Positions 27,440 through 43,942 of a stretch of DNA of 64,000 nucleotides are shown piece after piece (the first letter of the stretch is position 1; every line of letters begins with the position of its first letter). Position numbers and translations under genes: made by a program. The notes under the pieces are model-generated. The model was given only the letters and a program-made list of their open reading frames with translations. It did no database searches and was not told the DNA's origin. Source of the DNA: the human T2T-CHM13v2.0 reference genome, Homo sapiens; NCBI RefSeq assembly GCF_009914755.1, contig NC_060935.1; one strand, written 5' to 3'.

Positions 27440-27832
27440 TTAAGACACATTCTTAAGGGGTAGGTTTCTGGTGTGAATTGTTCTGCTAAAGTGAGAGATA
27501 GCAACATGGCATAGCACTGTGGTGGGTGAAAGGGAAGGTAGGAGAGCTGAGCTATAGTCCAGCCATATTGCCGCAAGACAGTAGAAGGGGAAAGAGCATG
27601 AAGCAAGGGCATGGGAGCTTATCCTGGACCAGCCTGAGCACACATCCCATCTCCTCACACTCCATTGGTTGGAGTCATTCACATGGTTGTGCCTATGCTG
27701 CAAGGCATAATCATGTGAGTAACCCCAGCCAATGGGGTCTAGTCGTGAGGAGATGGGAAGTCTAGTCCAGCTTTGTTTCCAGGAAGAAGCGGAAACCAGC
27801 TACACCGAGAGCTAGGTATCTCTTGCCAGCAC
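27440..27832 (-). mobile_element. MaLR LTR (MLT1J/I-like) containing an internal inverted duplication
   Basis: ccattggttggagtcattcacatgg...ctgcaagg...tgggaagtctagtccagctttgtttccaggaagaag...agctaggtatctcttgcca. Confidence 0.65.
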
Positions 27833-29279
27833 AGACCAGACAAAGACAGATAATTTCTGGGCCTCAGTTTACTCACCTGTAAGATGAAGGAGTGATGCCT
27901 AAGGTTCTACTTGTAACTTTCATATCTGTGATGCCAACTTGGTATTAGATCTGATTTAGCTACACATGTGCATTTAATTCTTAAAGGAACTGTCCACCAT
28001 TTAAAACATTTTTATAAGCTAGTGAGACGTGGCAGCATCCGTTTTGTTCAAAAGATGTGTCGTGTGGAGTTCTTTCCTGTGCCTGGCAAGTGGGATGAGG
28101 TAGGTGCTTCTTGCCCTTCTCCACACCTTCTTGTACCCTTTCCCCTCTTACTTAACCCCAGCAGGCTCATAAACAAAACACAACGGAAACAAAAAACCAA
28201 GAGAACATCACCACACCATCATCACCCCTCCCGTCCAAGGTAATTTTGAACATGGGCCAATTTCCTTTAGGATAAAGGCCATGCATTCTGGCAGATCCCT
28301 TTGGAAGTTTGAAGCCAGAGTGCTGACAGTCAAGATCTTATTGAATGGGGCTGCCTGCAGAGGAGCCAGTGCTGATTAACGACACACACACACAAGCCGC
28401 CCAAAGAATGTTGGCTCTTGCTGGGTCACTGATGTCATCCCTAGCAACAGGTGGCAGCCCCCTTTCTCTGAGCCCTCCTCGAGGAGGTCCTAGTGTTCCC
28501 AGTCATGAATGAGGAACAATGAGGCATCCACGGGGTTAACTGCCACTTTCACTCACTCCTTTGTGGAGCTGGGGCTTTTCCCATAGAAATGTCATTGGCC
28601 TGAACTGATTTCTTTTTTTCTACTGCCCAAATGTCAGACTCTCATATAAAAGTGGATCATGTGCATCTTTTGCCACCAAGGCCTTTTCAATAGCAGCATA
28701 ATGATGTGTGTGCTTTCCTTGTGCAAATAGAGGTGAGCCTGTCTCAGGGAAGGGTAACAGGATGTGAGCCTGCCTTGGGCTCTCCATTAGGAAAGATCAT
28801 CAGAGCAGCATGAAAGCTGCATTGCTTGTTGAGCTCATATTTTACCTTTATTTTTGTCTCCTCTGGTTTGGGAGCAGAGCGTGTCTTTATGACTGGAAGG
28901 CAAGATACCAAAGTTGCAAGAACTTATCCAGAGTTCTTATCAGAAGTTGCCAAATGAATACAAATGAAATACAGTAGAGAATTATCAGGATAGTGGTTGG
29001 CCAAATATGACATCAATTAATAGGGCTCAATTCTGTTACAGCAGTAAGGTAGCCTTTTTGCAAATACACATCTTCAATACCTTCTATGTATTCTGCACAT
29101 AAAATAGAAGACACAAAGAAGAATAAGACATGGTCTTTACCCATAGGAGATTCAGGATAGGATATCAGAGTGGGCATGGAAATCTCTATTTCTCCAATAA
29201 TCCAGATGGTTCCAATTCACATGGGCCTAACACTGTGTCACATCTTAGTAGAAAGAGAGATTGCCATGGGGATGGAGAA

Positions 29280-29510
29280 ATAAGACTGGGTGTTGGACTC
29301 ACAAATATGGGCTTGTATCTAGACTCCATCACCTGCAAGCTGCGTGACCTTGATCAAGTTATTTAACTTTCCTGAACCTCACTTTTCATTATTTGTAAAA
29401 TGAAAAAATAATACCTTCCTGCAGGACCTTCATGAGATTTAGAATAAATGTATGTCAAATTCCTAGCACCATGGATGACATAATTTAAATTACTTAGCAA
29501 ATGGATCTGT
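29280..29510 (+). mobile_element. MIR
   Basis: agctgcgtgaccttgatcaagttatttaactttcctgaacctcacttttcattatttgtaaaatg. Confidence 0.8.
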
Positions 29511-30009
29511 TTTTACACTAGGCCTCAGCTACTTCGATCTCTTATATGTAAAATGTGAGGATTGGATCAGATAACTTCTGAGCACCTTCTAAGCTTTAAT
29601 ATTCTGTGGTGCCACTTCAGCATTGGTGTAAACTTTCAGGATTGGTTGTATCGAGCAGCATTTAAGTTCCCCAACAAGGGAAGGAATCTCTTTCTTAGGG
29701 ATTGGGTAAAATGTGGAAGTCATGAGCTACTCAGGGCACTTAGACAATAGCACCAAAGGATACCTGTGGGTAGACATAGCTGTTTTCAGTTATTTTAATT
29801 TACAAGATTACAGGGGGTCCTGTGAAGCATCCCTGGTTTTCCAAGACACCTTCGAAAGTACCATCAACTTTGACTTTTCTAGATCTTTTTTCATCTTACT
29901 TGTGGTTTCACCCTGTTCCATGCTCTAGGATAAAGCATCTAAGTTAACTCTTGCAACCTCAAGTAATATGTTCTTTTTACCTGGAGAATTAATTCTTTCA
30001 CCCTTGAAG

Positions 30010-30200
30010 GCTTGGGCTTGGCTTCAGACAGATCCCGGCTCCAAAGTTTTCTAGCTTTGTGATCTCACAAAGTCCCTTAATGCATGTAGAGTGATGACTG
30101 CAAAATGCATACTACACAGCTATAGTGCAAATTGAATGAAATAACTGGTGCCTCTGCAAGCACATAGGGGAGTCCTCAATACTCAACAGCTCCCTTTTAT
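30010..30200 (+). mobile_element. MIR fragment
   Basis: cagatcccggctcc...ctagctttgtgatctcacaaagtccctt...ttgaatgaaataa. Confidence 0.6.
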
Positions 30201-30439
30201 TATTTCATAGGCAAGCCTGTGTGCATTGCGTTTATGCCTTCATGAATATGCAGATATTGACAACATCCCTCTTATGCCTCTTGATCCCAGATCTGGTCTG
30301 TCCTACCCAGAATTTATGCTTTAAAGACAATACCAGTTCCTCAGCACTTTGCCTGTCTTTGTTCTGACCCCATATGAACAAAAAGCCAGTTTTTGCATTC
30401 TGGGTTAGGGTAAGAGGGGTTGGCCAGTATATCCAGAGG

Positions 30440-30830
30440 TGGGGTGGTAATTAACAGTGGTTAAGAACATGTGCTTTCAGGACAGGCAATCCTAGTTTCC
30501 AATTCCAGCCCAATCACTTCTAGCCACAGGCCCTGGGACCAATCATGTACTGTCTGAACTGCTGCTCCTAATCCATAAAATGGGAATAATCATACCAACC
30601 TTGCAGTGTGATTGTGAAGATTATATGAGAGCATGGAAATTAATCGCTAGACAGCTGTTACTACTATTATTCAAAATAGGCAGCATGGACTGCAGAAGGA
30701 AAATTAATCGGAAGTCCAAGACCTAATTTTGCCACCAGTTGGCCACATGACTTCAGAGAAGCCATTTAACCCCTTTGTGTCAGTTTTCTAAGCTGTCAAA
30801 TGGCACAAAAATTATTCTTGTATGGGTACC
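30440..30830 (+). mobile_element. Two tandem MIR copies (~30440-30670 and ~30690-30830)
   Basis: agtggttaagaacatgtgcttt...taaaatgggaataatcatacc; gaagtccaagacct...tgacttcagagaagccatttaacc...tcagttttc. Confidence 0.7.
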
Positions 30831-31654
30831 ACAGTGGTGTTTTCTGGCTAGAAGATAACATAAAAGTGCTGTTAATATTTTTATTAATGCTCTAATTTTT
30901 TCTTTTTGCTGCTGCCCGGAGATGGCTGCTGTTCCTGGTGACTTGGCATTTGCTTTATAAACATACTTTTGAAGCACAGGCAGCCTCTTGTTTCTCTTAA
31001 GCCAGTATGTTTGTGATAGGGAGGTTTTATTGCTTTTTGTTGAAATAACTGTTTTCCATTCTGGAGCATTCCTTAAAAGCAGACTTCACACTCACAAATT
31101 TCAGATCCTCCATGCCCATCAGCACAAAACTAGAGCCTATCCCTATCCAATTATACAAAATCACTGTGCAGCCTTTTCCAGATAGGGATCTGCAACTGCG
31201 TTACATGTTTCTTTATTAATGAAATGCTGCAAATAGCATCCTTTTAGAGGATACTCAAATTACCTCTGGGAGGAAGCACTTTGTTAATGTGTCGAACTGC
31301 CTTGTTTGGGGGGATGAGTTGTGTTGACATATCAGGTATCCTTTTGAGCCAGCTCGCAAGTGCCTGGGAATTGGGGCCAGACTTTTTCATGACACAAGTT
31401 TCCTGAATTCCATTGCCTGAAATTTTCTGTAGCAGAGTGGAAGCTAGATTATTTACCTTGTGATAACATCTGCAAAAGAAATGGCTTGAGTTTCAAAAGA
31501 GAAAAAGCATTTTATAAATGGGTCACACCTGTGGCAGGGAAGTGAGACAGGTTAGGGTGAACATATTGTCTGGACATAAAAACACTCTGTGTCTAGCTGG
31601 AGCTTATTCACAGGCTAGGGGAAGGCTCAGGAAGCCTCTGAATCCCAGGCTGAC

Positions 31655-32920
<1,266 letters not shown>

Positions 32921-33429
32921 ACGAATGAATGTGATTTCTACCATGTTTAACTGCTAACCAAACAGAAAAAAATATTCAGTAGGTACCTTCTCATCCCCAG
33001 ACCTACTCATCAAATCACATTTCACAGGACTTGGTATTCTCACATCATGATCACATTTGAAAGACCCTTTTAGAGTCAGGCATCCATCCACATGCTCTGC
33101 AGCCTGCCCATTGTCAGATGGGCAGGAAAATCTAGAAGAAATATCTTTATAGCAGAAATGGACTTTGCAGTGTTTCCAGACATTGAAAATGTTGAAGTAA
33201 ATATTGCTGAAGACCCTTCCCTTTGTTTTAAATGGTTGTCTCTTAGAATGGAAAGTCTCTGGAAACCATATTGTTGTTTAGGCCCTGGTGACAAACAAAG
33301 TAGCAGAATGAGGGCAGGTCTTTGTGCCAATTAGAATTGCCAAAAAAATATATCAGTCAGCATAGTGGTCCCCACCCCTTTGCCTCTTTGGGTGATACAC
33401 AGATACACAGATTAAGGAGCATATTTAGA

Positions 33430-33820
33430 GGCAGGTGACCATGATGGAACATGAACTGAAATATTTGAATCTGAGAGAGGAACTGGGACATAACAATTAT
33501 CTTTGGAAGACAAAGGAGAGGTCAGTGTTTGTCATCACATATTCCAAGAGGTGCCAAGCAGAACAGGAGTAGATTTTCTTTTGTTTTGCTGGAAGGCGGA
33601 ACTCAGTTAATATTATAGGAATCCATCTTTCAGTCACTGTGAGGAGGAATTTATGATTCCTCTTTTGGATTCCGAAGTAAAGGGTAACCTGTCATAAAGC
33701 TGTAAGGAGAATTCAGGTAGAGGTTGGTTGACCATCTGGTAGTGATATTGCAGAAAGGATTCATGTATTGATTCTGAGATCAACTCTAAAATTTTCCAAC
33801 TCTAACAGTTAATAATTCTT
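33430..33820 (+). mobile_element. L3/CR1 LINE 3' fragment
   Basis: gagtagattttctt...ggaaggcggaact...ttcaggtagaggttggttgaccatctg...gcagaaaggattc...ttccaactct. Confidence 0.65.
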
Positions 33821-34064
33821 ATTCTGTTTTGGATTATTACTAAAAACCACTCATCAGTTTGATTTAGCTTTTAATTTAGGCTACTTTACTATAGACCTTG
33901 GGTTCAGAAGGTCAAGCTAATTTTTCATATTGATTTTAAAAAGGGAATTAAATTGAAATTAGGTTATTTCCTCAATTTTATAAGACCAGCTCATATTTGG
34001 GGCTCCGCAAAGAAGTCATAAACTACAAACATTTTTCTAAGTGTCATTTTTATTTATACTTTAA

Positions 34065-34340
34065 CTTAAGTATCCAATTATGTTCAATTCAATAAACACT
34101 AGTGAACATCCACTATATGTATTCATCCAACGAAACTCTATTGCATATTTATCATGGGCTACATTGTATTAGATAGTGAGAATATAGCTGTTTTAGATAA
34201 CTCATGGTAGAGTTCAGGCAAGTACATCAGCAATAACAGGTGTTTTGATATGGCAGTATACGAGTGCAAAGAAGACTGTATAAGCCATCCTGGGTGACAA
34301 TAAGGGGTTGGGGAGACTTCCTAGTGGGGGTTAACTGATA
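34065..34340 (-). mobile_element. L2 fragment
   Basis: ttcaattcaataaacactagtgaacatccactatatgt...gagacttcctagtgggggt. Confidence 0.55.
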
Positions 34341-34667
34341 GGCACTCAGATGCAAAGATGGTTGCCTCCAAAAGTTTACAATTAAGTTGGTATTTTGGTG
34401 TTCAGAAGATGCCTCAATGGTGCTATGCTATGTTAGTTTTTTATGGTGCACTGTTTTCTTAGCTATGACATGATCTCTATGCATTACTTTTCAAACTAGT
34501 CTGGACTCCAATCCTGCAATTTAAAAAAATTTTCAGGAGTCTGGAATGGAGATGGTCCCAAATCTGAACATTGGTAGGAAACCAGGTGAGTGAGGAATCC
34601 TCCTAGACTTCCAGGAGGATAAGATTGATAAGTTTCTATGTACTTATCAATAGAAACACTTGTTTTG

Positions 34668-35000
<333 letters not shown>

Positions 35001-35277
35001 TTAAGACAAATACTGGGTGTGATGGAGAAAGAAGGAGTTTGGAGATGTGGAGGATGGACCACTGTGATATTGGTTCCTCTAAGGAGCTCCTGAGCTTTAG
35101 GACAAGGAGAAAGAAAGAGATTTATGGGTGTATACTATGATGCACAGGAAAGCATGGATTTTAGTGCTCTGAGAAACATTGAGACCCTGGAGTCAGTAAG
35201 TTAACTACTCCCTCTTTTCCCCCTACTCACTCTAACCCTGCTTATTGGTTCTGAATTATGTTACTTTACCTTACTCC

Positions 35278-35596
35278 TTATTTTAATATTAATTTAATTA
35301 ATTTTTTTTAATGCAGAGTCTCACTCTGTTGCCCAAGCTGGAGTGCAGTGGCGTGACCAGAGCTCCCTGCAGCCTTGAACTCCAGGGCTCAAGTGATTCT
35401 CCCACCTCAGCCTCCCAAGTAACTAGGACTACAGGCATGCTCCACCATGCCCAGCTAATTTTTGTATTTTGTGTGTGTGTGGAGACGGGGTCTCGCTATG
35501 TTGCTCAGCCTGGCCTCAAGCTCCCATGCTCAAGCGATCTTCCCACTTCGGCCTCCCAAAGTGCTAGGATTACAGGCATAAGCCACTAGCTCAGCC
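35278..35596 (-). mobile_element. AluJ SINE
   Basis: ctgcagccttgaactcc..ggctcaag, gggtctcgctatgttgc J diagnostics; degenerate TSD cttta(c/t)cttact. Confidence 0.95.
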
Positions 35597-37009
35597 TCTT
35601 TATCTTACTTCTTCAAGGCATAAAATGATCTAGAAAAAAATGCACATAATGAGGATTTTGGAAGGAGCACGATAAATGAGTTCTGTTCATTAGGATGTCT
35701 TCATAATTAGGCCCTCCTCTGAGAATTAGAACTGCTAGGTTTTATTCCTTGTTCCTCCTCTGAAATTGATCTTCCTCTGTCTCAGTTTTCTTATCATTTT
35801 AGTAGGATGAGAATGCTTGTTACCCTCATGATTTAAAAAGGTGCCCTGAGGATTCATTTCCTACAGCTTCAGTAGTTGAGAAATCTAATTCTCAAGCAGG
35901 AAGCATGAGTATTATTCTCTTTGTGGTCCTTGAGAAACATTTATCGTCTGTTTGCTCTACCAAGAAGCCAAACTAACAGTGAGAAAAACTTGTCTTCTTA
36001 GTTTTAGAGAGCATCTCATCTGTGCAATTGGAAAAAGAAAACAGTTCCTAAATGTATAGCTTGGTCATTTGAGAATCTGTTCTTTGCAACTATATAGTGG
36101 TGAACTTCACAGTATAGGAGAAGGACCTAAAGTTCATCTTAACAACACTTAAACTTAAAACTCAATGGGCAGCAATTAGGAGAAATTTAAAGCATACCCA
36201 AGAGGCTCCAAAAGTAAATATTTCTCTGGGCAGATGTGTTATAGCTGAATTAACTGGGTGTTTGTGCAACTGCAATGAATTGGAGAGATAACAGTCTTTA
36301 TTGCCTGTAGATGTAGCCTGTGATTTCAAAATACAAGCGGTGTTAAATGTTCCCAGTAGAGGTTCAGGCAGTTTGCTAAGCAAACCATTGCTGCTGCCAG
36401 GTTATAATCATACTGTCTTAGGTTATTTGTCCAATTCTAAGTAATGAGGTTCCCATCACCCTCCATTTGAGGTGCGTTTATCTTACAAGAACTTGGGTCA
36501 AATTGAACTTAAATTTAACTTGATCATATTCTCCGCTAAGAACCATTCGGAGAAAAGTGAAACACAAGATTCATTTCTCTTGTATTATTTCTTGTTTAAA
36601 GGTTTTGCAGGAGAAAAAAATCATCTCCCCTTTTAGGTTGATTGGGTAATTTTGGGTGATCACTCCAGTCTCTCACTTTAGCAAGTGAGAAAACTATAAA
36701 GAGGATGCTGCTGCCTGGATGTTCTGGTCTTTTGTTTTCATCCTGAGACTGTTGACAGGAGCAACCTTCTGTGAGATCCCTGCCAACATCTAATAATAGG
36801 AGAGGGTGGCAATGAGCATAGAGATGGAGGCCACAGAGATAAGAAAAAAGAAAGTACGGATGCTTTTAAAGCAGCGAGCAGCAAATATCTGTTCTGGCTT
36901 ACAATAATTGTTGTTACGTCTACTGTAATATAATACATTTAACCAAAATGAAAACTATTCCAAATGGAAACTGGTTTAGTTTGGGCCCAGCAGAGGACAG
37001 GATAAGGCA

Positions 37010-37215
37010 GTTATTCGCATGTGCTTGTCACCTATAATGCTTCAGGCTTCATGCTAGATGCTTTATATGTATGATCATAATTTATATTTCTAATAAGCAC
37101 ATACAGTTGGTCTTATTCCTCACCTAACAAATAAGGAAATAGAGTCTGCTCAGTGTCACACAGAAATCAAAATAGTAAAGTTTGGACTGAAATCCAGTCT
37201 GCCTGGTTCTGGTTA
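37010..37215 (-). mobile_element. MIR
   Basis: caggcttcatgctagatgctttatatgt...acaaataaggaaatagag...tgaaatccagtctgcctggttc. Confidence 0.65.
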
Positions 37216-37824
37216 TCTTAAAATACAGCTAAGCCCCTCATGATTGTCACTCAGAGGTAAGAAATGGCAGGTCTTATATCCAAAGGGCCACACCTGGAAA
37301 CCTCCTGAAAGAGGTAAAATTACCTGGTGCCCGGCCTGAAACCGTTCCATTTCAATACATTTTTGTTGAGTGAATCAAAGAATGAGATGAAATTTAAACT
37401 GGACTCTGAAATAAGTAAGATTGAGAAGAAGTGGATCTTAGTCAAAGTGAGATTGTTCAATTACGGGATGGCTGGAGAACTTATTATTGTGTATTATTTC
37501 TTATTCATAGCTATATATTTAGGCCTGAAAGAGGAGAGACTTTAATTGCTGTTTCATTTTAGCTGAAAATACTTTCTATTTGAAACAGATTATTTAAAGT
37601 TGTCTTATTTGGACTCTCTCATTTATATCCATTCTCTCAACTGGCACTTATTAAAGTACTAAGTACAGGCACAGTGCAAAGGAGAGTTAGAACTGGAAAG
37701 AAAGGCTGGGATCTGGTCATAATGTGCTCTGAATATCAGGTTGAGTTGGGACTTTAGGCTACTAAAGACACAGTTGTTGAAATGTCATGGATGATGGTAA
37801 ATGGATGAGCTACGTGGTTAAACT

Positions 37825-38190
37825 AGGTTATTATTATCCCTGTTACAGGCGAGATACTGGGTCACAGAGTGCTTGTGTGACTTGCATAAGATCATAAATT
37901 ATCTAAGGCAGAAACTTAGATGTTTAGCCTTGTTCTCTGCGCTCTAGAGCTTTTTCCATTTTCTTTTGGTGCAGCCTCTCTTACCAAAAGCCACAAAGTC
38001 CTTTACCAAAAACAGTGACATGATAGAAGAAAAGAGATACAGAACTGCCCCATTTATACAGGAAGAATACACCTGGGTAAAAGGGATATGTAAGTAAGAG
38101 ATCCTTGCCCGGAGGAGCAGAGAGTTGCTCTGATAGTCTCATTTGCAAGAGGCTAAAATGAACTCTGAGATTTGAATCCAGTCCATTGAT
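37825..38190 (-). mobile_element. Two MIR fragments
   Basis: ttattatccctgttacaggcgagatactgggtcacagag...; cccattttatacagga...agatttgaatccagtc. Confidence 0.6.
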
Positions 38191-38282
38191 ACAAATGAGA
38201 TTAGATATTTTAACCTTCACACTGACCTCTTTTGTCTGATGGCAGCAGTTACATCCATCTCCCTGGAATTTTCTGCCAGCAG

Positions 38283-39350
38283 GATTATCTTTTGTGCTCC
38301 TATAACAGAATACCTGAGAATAGGTAATTTATAAAGAAAAGAGCTTTATTTCTTGCAGCTTTGGAGGATGGAAAGTCCAAGGTCAAGAGGTTTGCATCTG
38401 ATGAGGGCCTTCTTTGCTGTCTCATCCCATGGAAGAAAGCAGAAGGGTAAGAGAGCAAGAACTCACAGCCTCAAGACCTTTTGTAATGTTACTGATGGAA
38501 GGTCTTGACTGCTGATCGTCCAGGTTATTGGTGTTTTGAACAAATAATTGGACAAAACACACAAACGATGCAATGACAGAATGAAGCAACAAAAGCACAC
38601 ATTTATTGAAATGAAAGTACACTCCACACAGTGGGAGTGGGCTCCAGCAAGTGGCTCAAGAGTGCTGGTTACAGAATTTTATGGGGTTTAAATGCTTTCT
38701 AGAGGCTCCTCATTGGTTACTTGGTTACACCCTATGTAAATGAAGGAGTGGTCCCAACCAGACTGATTGACTGTGGGAGGTGACCAATCAGAGGCTGAAG
38801 TGAAGTTACAAAGTTCACTTTGTGACTTCAAAGTTAATTACAATTTGTAACTACAAATGTGTAACTACAAATCACCCTGTGCAAATGTCTGGTTGCAAGA
38901 GGGAAACAATCAGAGGCTGAAGTGAAATTAGAGTTACACCCTATGTACATGTTTGATTGGTTTTGGGAGGGGATCAATCAGAGGCTGAGGTGGAATTACA
39001 AAGTTACACCCTTTGCACATGAAGACTGGTTGCAAGAGGGGACCAGTCAGAGGTACTTCTCATTTTTCATCTGGGAGGCAGTGCAAAGGGAGTAGCCTCT
39101 TAGCCTTTTGTTATTTGGGTGTGGAGAGGTGGAGTTTTCCTTTTGATTCAGTTCTAGGAACTCAGTGTGAATCGGCCTTAGGCTCTTTACCTCCAGACCC
39201 TATTCTCCAGCCTCATTAATTAGCATCAATCCATGCATGGAGGTGGAGCCCTCATGATCTAAACACTTCCCATTAGGCCTCCCAGTGCTGTTGCACTGGG
39301 GATTAAGTTTCCCACACGTGCCTTTTGGGAGAAACTTTCAACTGATAGCA
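38283..39350 (-). mobile_element. MaLR LTR (MSTC/MSTD-like), interrupted by MER51
   Basis: ctataacagaatacctgaga..ggtaatttataaagaaaaga...aagtccaaggtcaag; resumes catcaatccatgcatggaggtggagccctcatgatctaa...ggggattaagtttcc...atagca. Confidence 0.85.
38487..39215 (-). mobile_element. MER51-family ERV1 solo LTR
   Basis: TG...CA termini; end cctccagaccctattctccagcctca is the reverse complement of the MER51 start; ~4 internal ccaatcagaggctgaagtgaagttac repeats; 4-bp TSD gtaa/ttaa. Confidence 0.88.
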
Positions 39351-39562
39351 AGAATGCTGATCTTGAGGCATTGCTATGAGACCAAACTTCTAATAATGAC
39401 TTTTTTTAATAGTTGGCCCCTTAAGACTCCGAGTTTTTTAAATAAAACAGAGCTCTAAGGCTTTCTTAAATATATTCCAAGCTCTCCATGTTCAATTAAT
39501 AATTTAATTGCTTAGTAATTTACATCTGGGTAATTATGTGAAATTATAGAAGTTAAATATAC

Positions 39563-41404
<1,842 letters not shown>

Positions 41405-41449
41405 AAATTAAATGTACTTAATAACTATATAAGGGAAGGGCAAGGACCA

Positions 41450-41670
41450 CATTGAGTACTTGTTGCATTGCAAGTGCTTGCAACACATCTCATCTCAATT
41501 CATATTCACTCTTCTTCCCATGAGGTAGATACAAACTTTTTCATTGTTTGGGTAAAAAAGCTTAAGCTCACAGAGTTTAAAATCACTTGCCCAAGGTCAT
41601 TTAACTGGGCAGCAGGGAGGCTTGGTACTGAGCCTGGATCCTTCTGACTCCCATTCACTGTCCTTCTTGC
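41450..41670 (-). mobile_element. MIR
   Basis: catctcatctcaattc...tgaggtagat...aagctcacagagtttaaaatcacttgcccaaggtca...ctgactcc. Confidence 0.8.
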
Positions 41671-41832
41671 TAGTTCCCTGATGGGAAACATCTAGAAACT
41701 TTTAGTGGTAGAGTCAAAAATGGTACTAAAAACATTCAATATGAAAATTCAAATAGGACAAAAAGCATGCAGAATATTTAAATGCAAGGACAGGAGGGCT
41801 TCAGCAATGTTTGGAAGTATTTTTTATATAGA

Positions 41833-42250
41833 CATTCATTCTTTCATTCAAGAGTCATTTAGTGAGGGCCTAGTATGTGCCACAGCACTCCTAGCTGCCA
41901 TGTATATGACAATGCATACAAAAGATCGAGATGAAATGCCTTTTTGTACCTTACATTCTAGAGAAGGAGCTAGACAATAGATAAGTGAACAAATATGCCC
42001 ACAGGATGACTTCAGACAGATAGGGATGGATGAAAGTAACACAAAGCAGGGGAGACTTTAGGTGATGTAAGCAGAGAAGGGAAGGATTCTCTTGGGAGGT
42101 GACATTTGAACTGGGATCTGTTTGAAAAAGAAAGAATTAGCCATGCAGACATCTGGGTAAGAGAGGAGGACAGGAGAAGGGTGTTGCCAAGGGAAGGTCA
42201 AGGGCAAAGGCTTATGGCAGAAATGAGCTTTATGTGGTCAAGGAACACGA
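41833..42250 (-). mobile_element. L2 3' fragment
   Basis: attcattctttcattcaagagtcatttagtgagggcctagtatgtgcca...gaggtgacatttgaactgggatctg...agccatgcagacatctggg. Confidence 0.8.
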
Positions 42251-42829
42251 AGAATTTCAGGGCAGCTGGAACCTGGTAATAAATTTGCAATGCTTTGGTG
42301 AATTTAGTAGAATGTATTTGAGGTGTAAAGACTTTGCTTTCAGAAGAAAGAGGTTAGCAAGTGGGAGAGCTGGAAAAGCCCATAACCTAAGAGCAGAAGC
42401 CCTCAGAAGGAAGTAGCAGAAATCTAAATGGTGAAGGTGCTGCAGAGCTCTTAAGAGAAGCATGGCATTTGAATCCCTTTAGGGTCTCCTTCAGCTAATG
42501 GGACACCACATGACATTTAATTGGATTGCTCCTATAAGAGCTCAACGGCTTAAGACAGAAAACACTGCCAGCACATCAAATTTGCACTTTTCTGAAGCAG
42601 TATCAGTGTGGGAGGGAGGAGGAGGGGGGCCCAAACTCACTGGACAATGCAAAGCAAGCTTAGCTTCTTATCTGAAGATGCCTTTCCAGTGAATGAAAGA
42701 ATGAGACAGAATAGAAATAAAGTGTGAAAATGGGGAAACCATCCCTGTGCACTTTCACATATTGTGGTTACATGGTGGAGTAATTCTACAGAAATAGTGA
42801 AAGATAAAATTTAAAAAGGAGTCCTGTGT

Positions 42830-43090
42830 CTTTGTGGTTAAGAATAAGGATTCTGGAGTCAGACAACTTGAGTTTCAAATCTCTTCTCACCTACTCATTG
42901 CAAAACCTTAGGCAAGTTACACGGTCTTGCTAAGATTCAATCTCCTCAACTACAAAATGGGGGTAAGAATAGTATTTAGCAACTTATAGTAATTTAGAAT
43001 TGTTATGAGGATTCAGTGAAATTTTGCATGTAAAGTACTCAGCATACTGCCTGCCACATAGGGAATACTCAGACAATTTAATTGGTTGTT
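42830..43090 (+). mobile_element. MIR, near full length
   Basis: gtggttaagaataaggattctggagtcagac...ggcaagttac...aaaatgggggtaagaatagta...gcatgtaaagtactcagcatactgcctg. Confidence 0.85.
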
Positions 43091-43564
43091 AACTATGTCA
43101 GGGAAAAGCTGTGAGTTTTTAGAAGCATGTGATTATGTGAGAAAGAAAAAAAATCATAAAGCAGTTCTGAGTGTTTTTGAGCAGGCGCATTACCTAATTG
43201 GAGCTAAGCATTGTTTGAATGAATCTAAGTCACTGCTCCTAGCTGGGCCTTACTTTCCTCACCTGCAAAACATTGGATGCAGAGCCAACGTAATAATCGC
43301 TCTCACTCATGTTGGTTCAGCCTTGACAATCTACCATTTGGGAAGTTAATCACAAATACTTGGCATTCAGTTGCGAACTGAAACTAGGGTGATCAACCAT
43401 CTTAGTTTCCTTGATATTGAGGGATTTCTTGGGAAGTAGTACTGAAACTTTTCATGCTAAAACCAGAACAGTCTTGGGCAAACGGGGATGGTTGGTCACC
43501 CAACAAATGTGTTCTGAGAGGAGGACAAGGGAATGGGGAGGAAGTGCTATTTAAATGGTATCTG

Positions 43565-43942
<378 letters not shown>

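Noticed and set aside
38770-39055. Repeat-spacer-like array resembling CRISPR
   Set aside because: Internal tandem repeats of the MER51 LTR in primate DNA; no cas genes.
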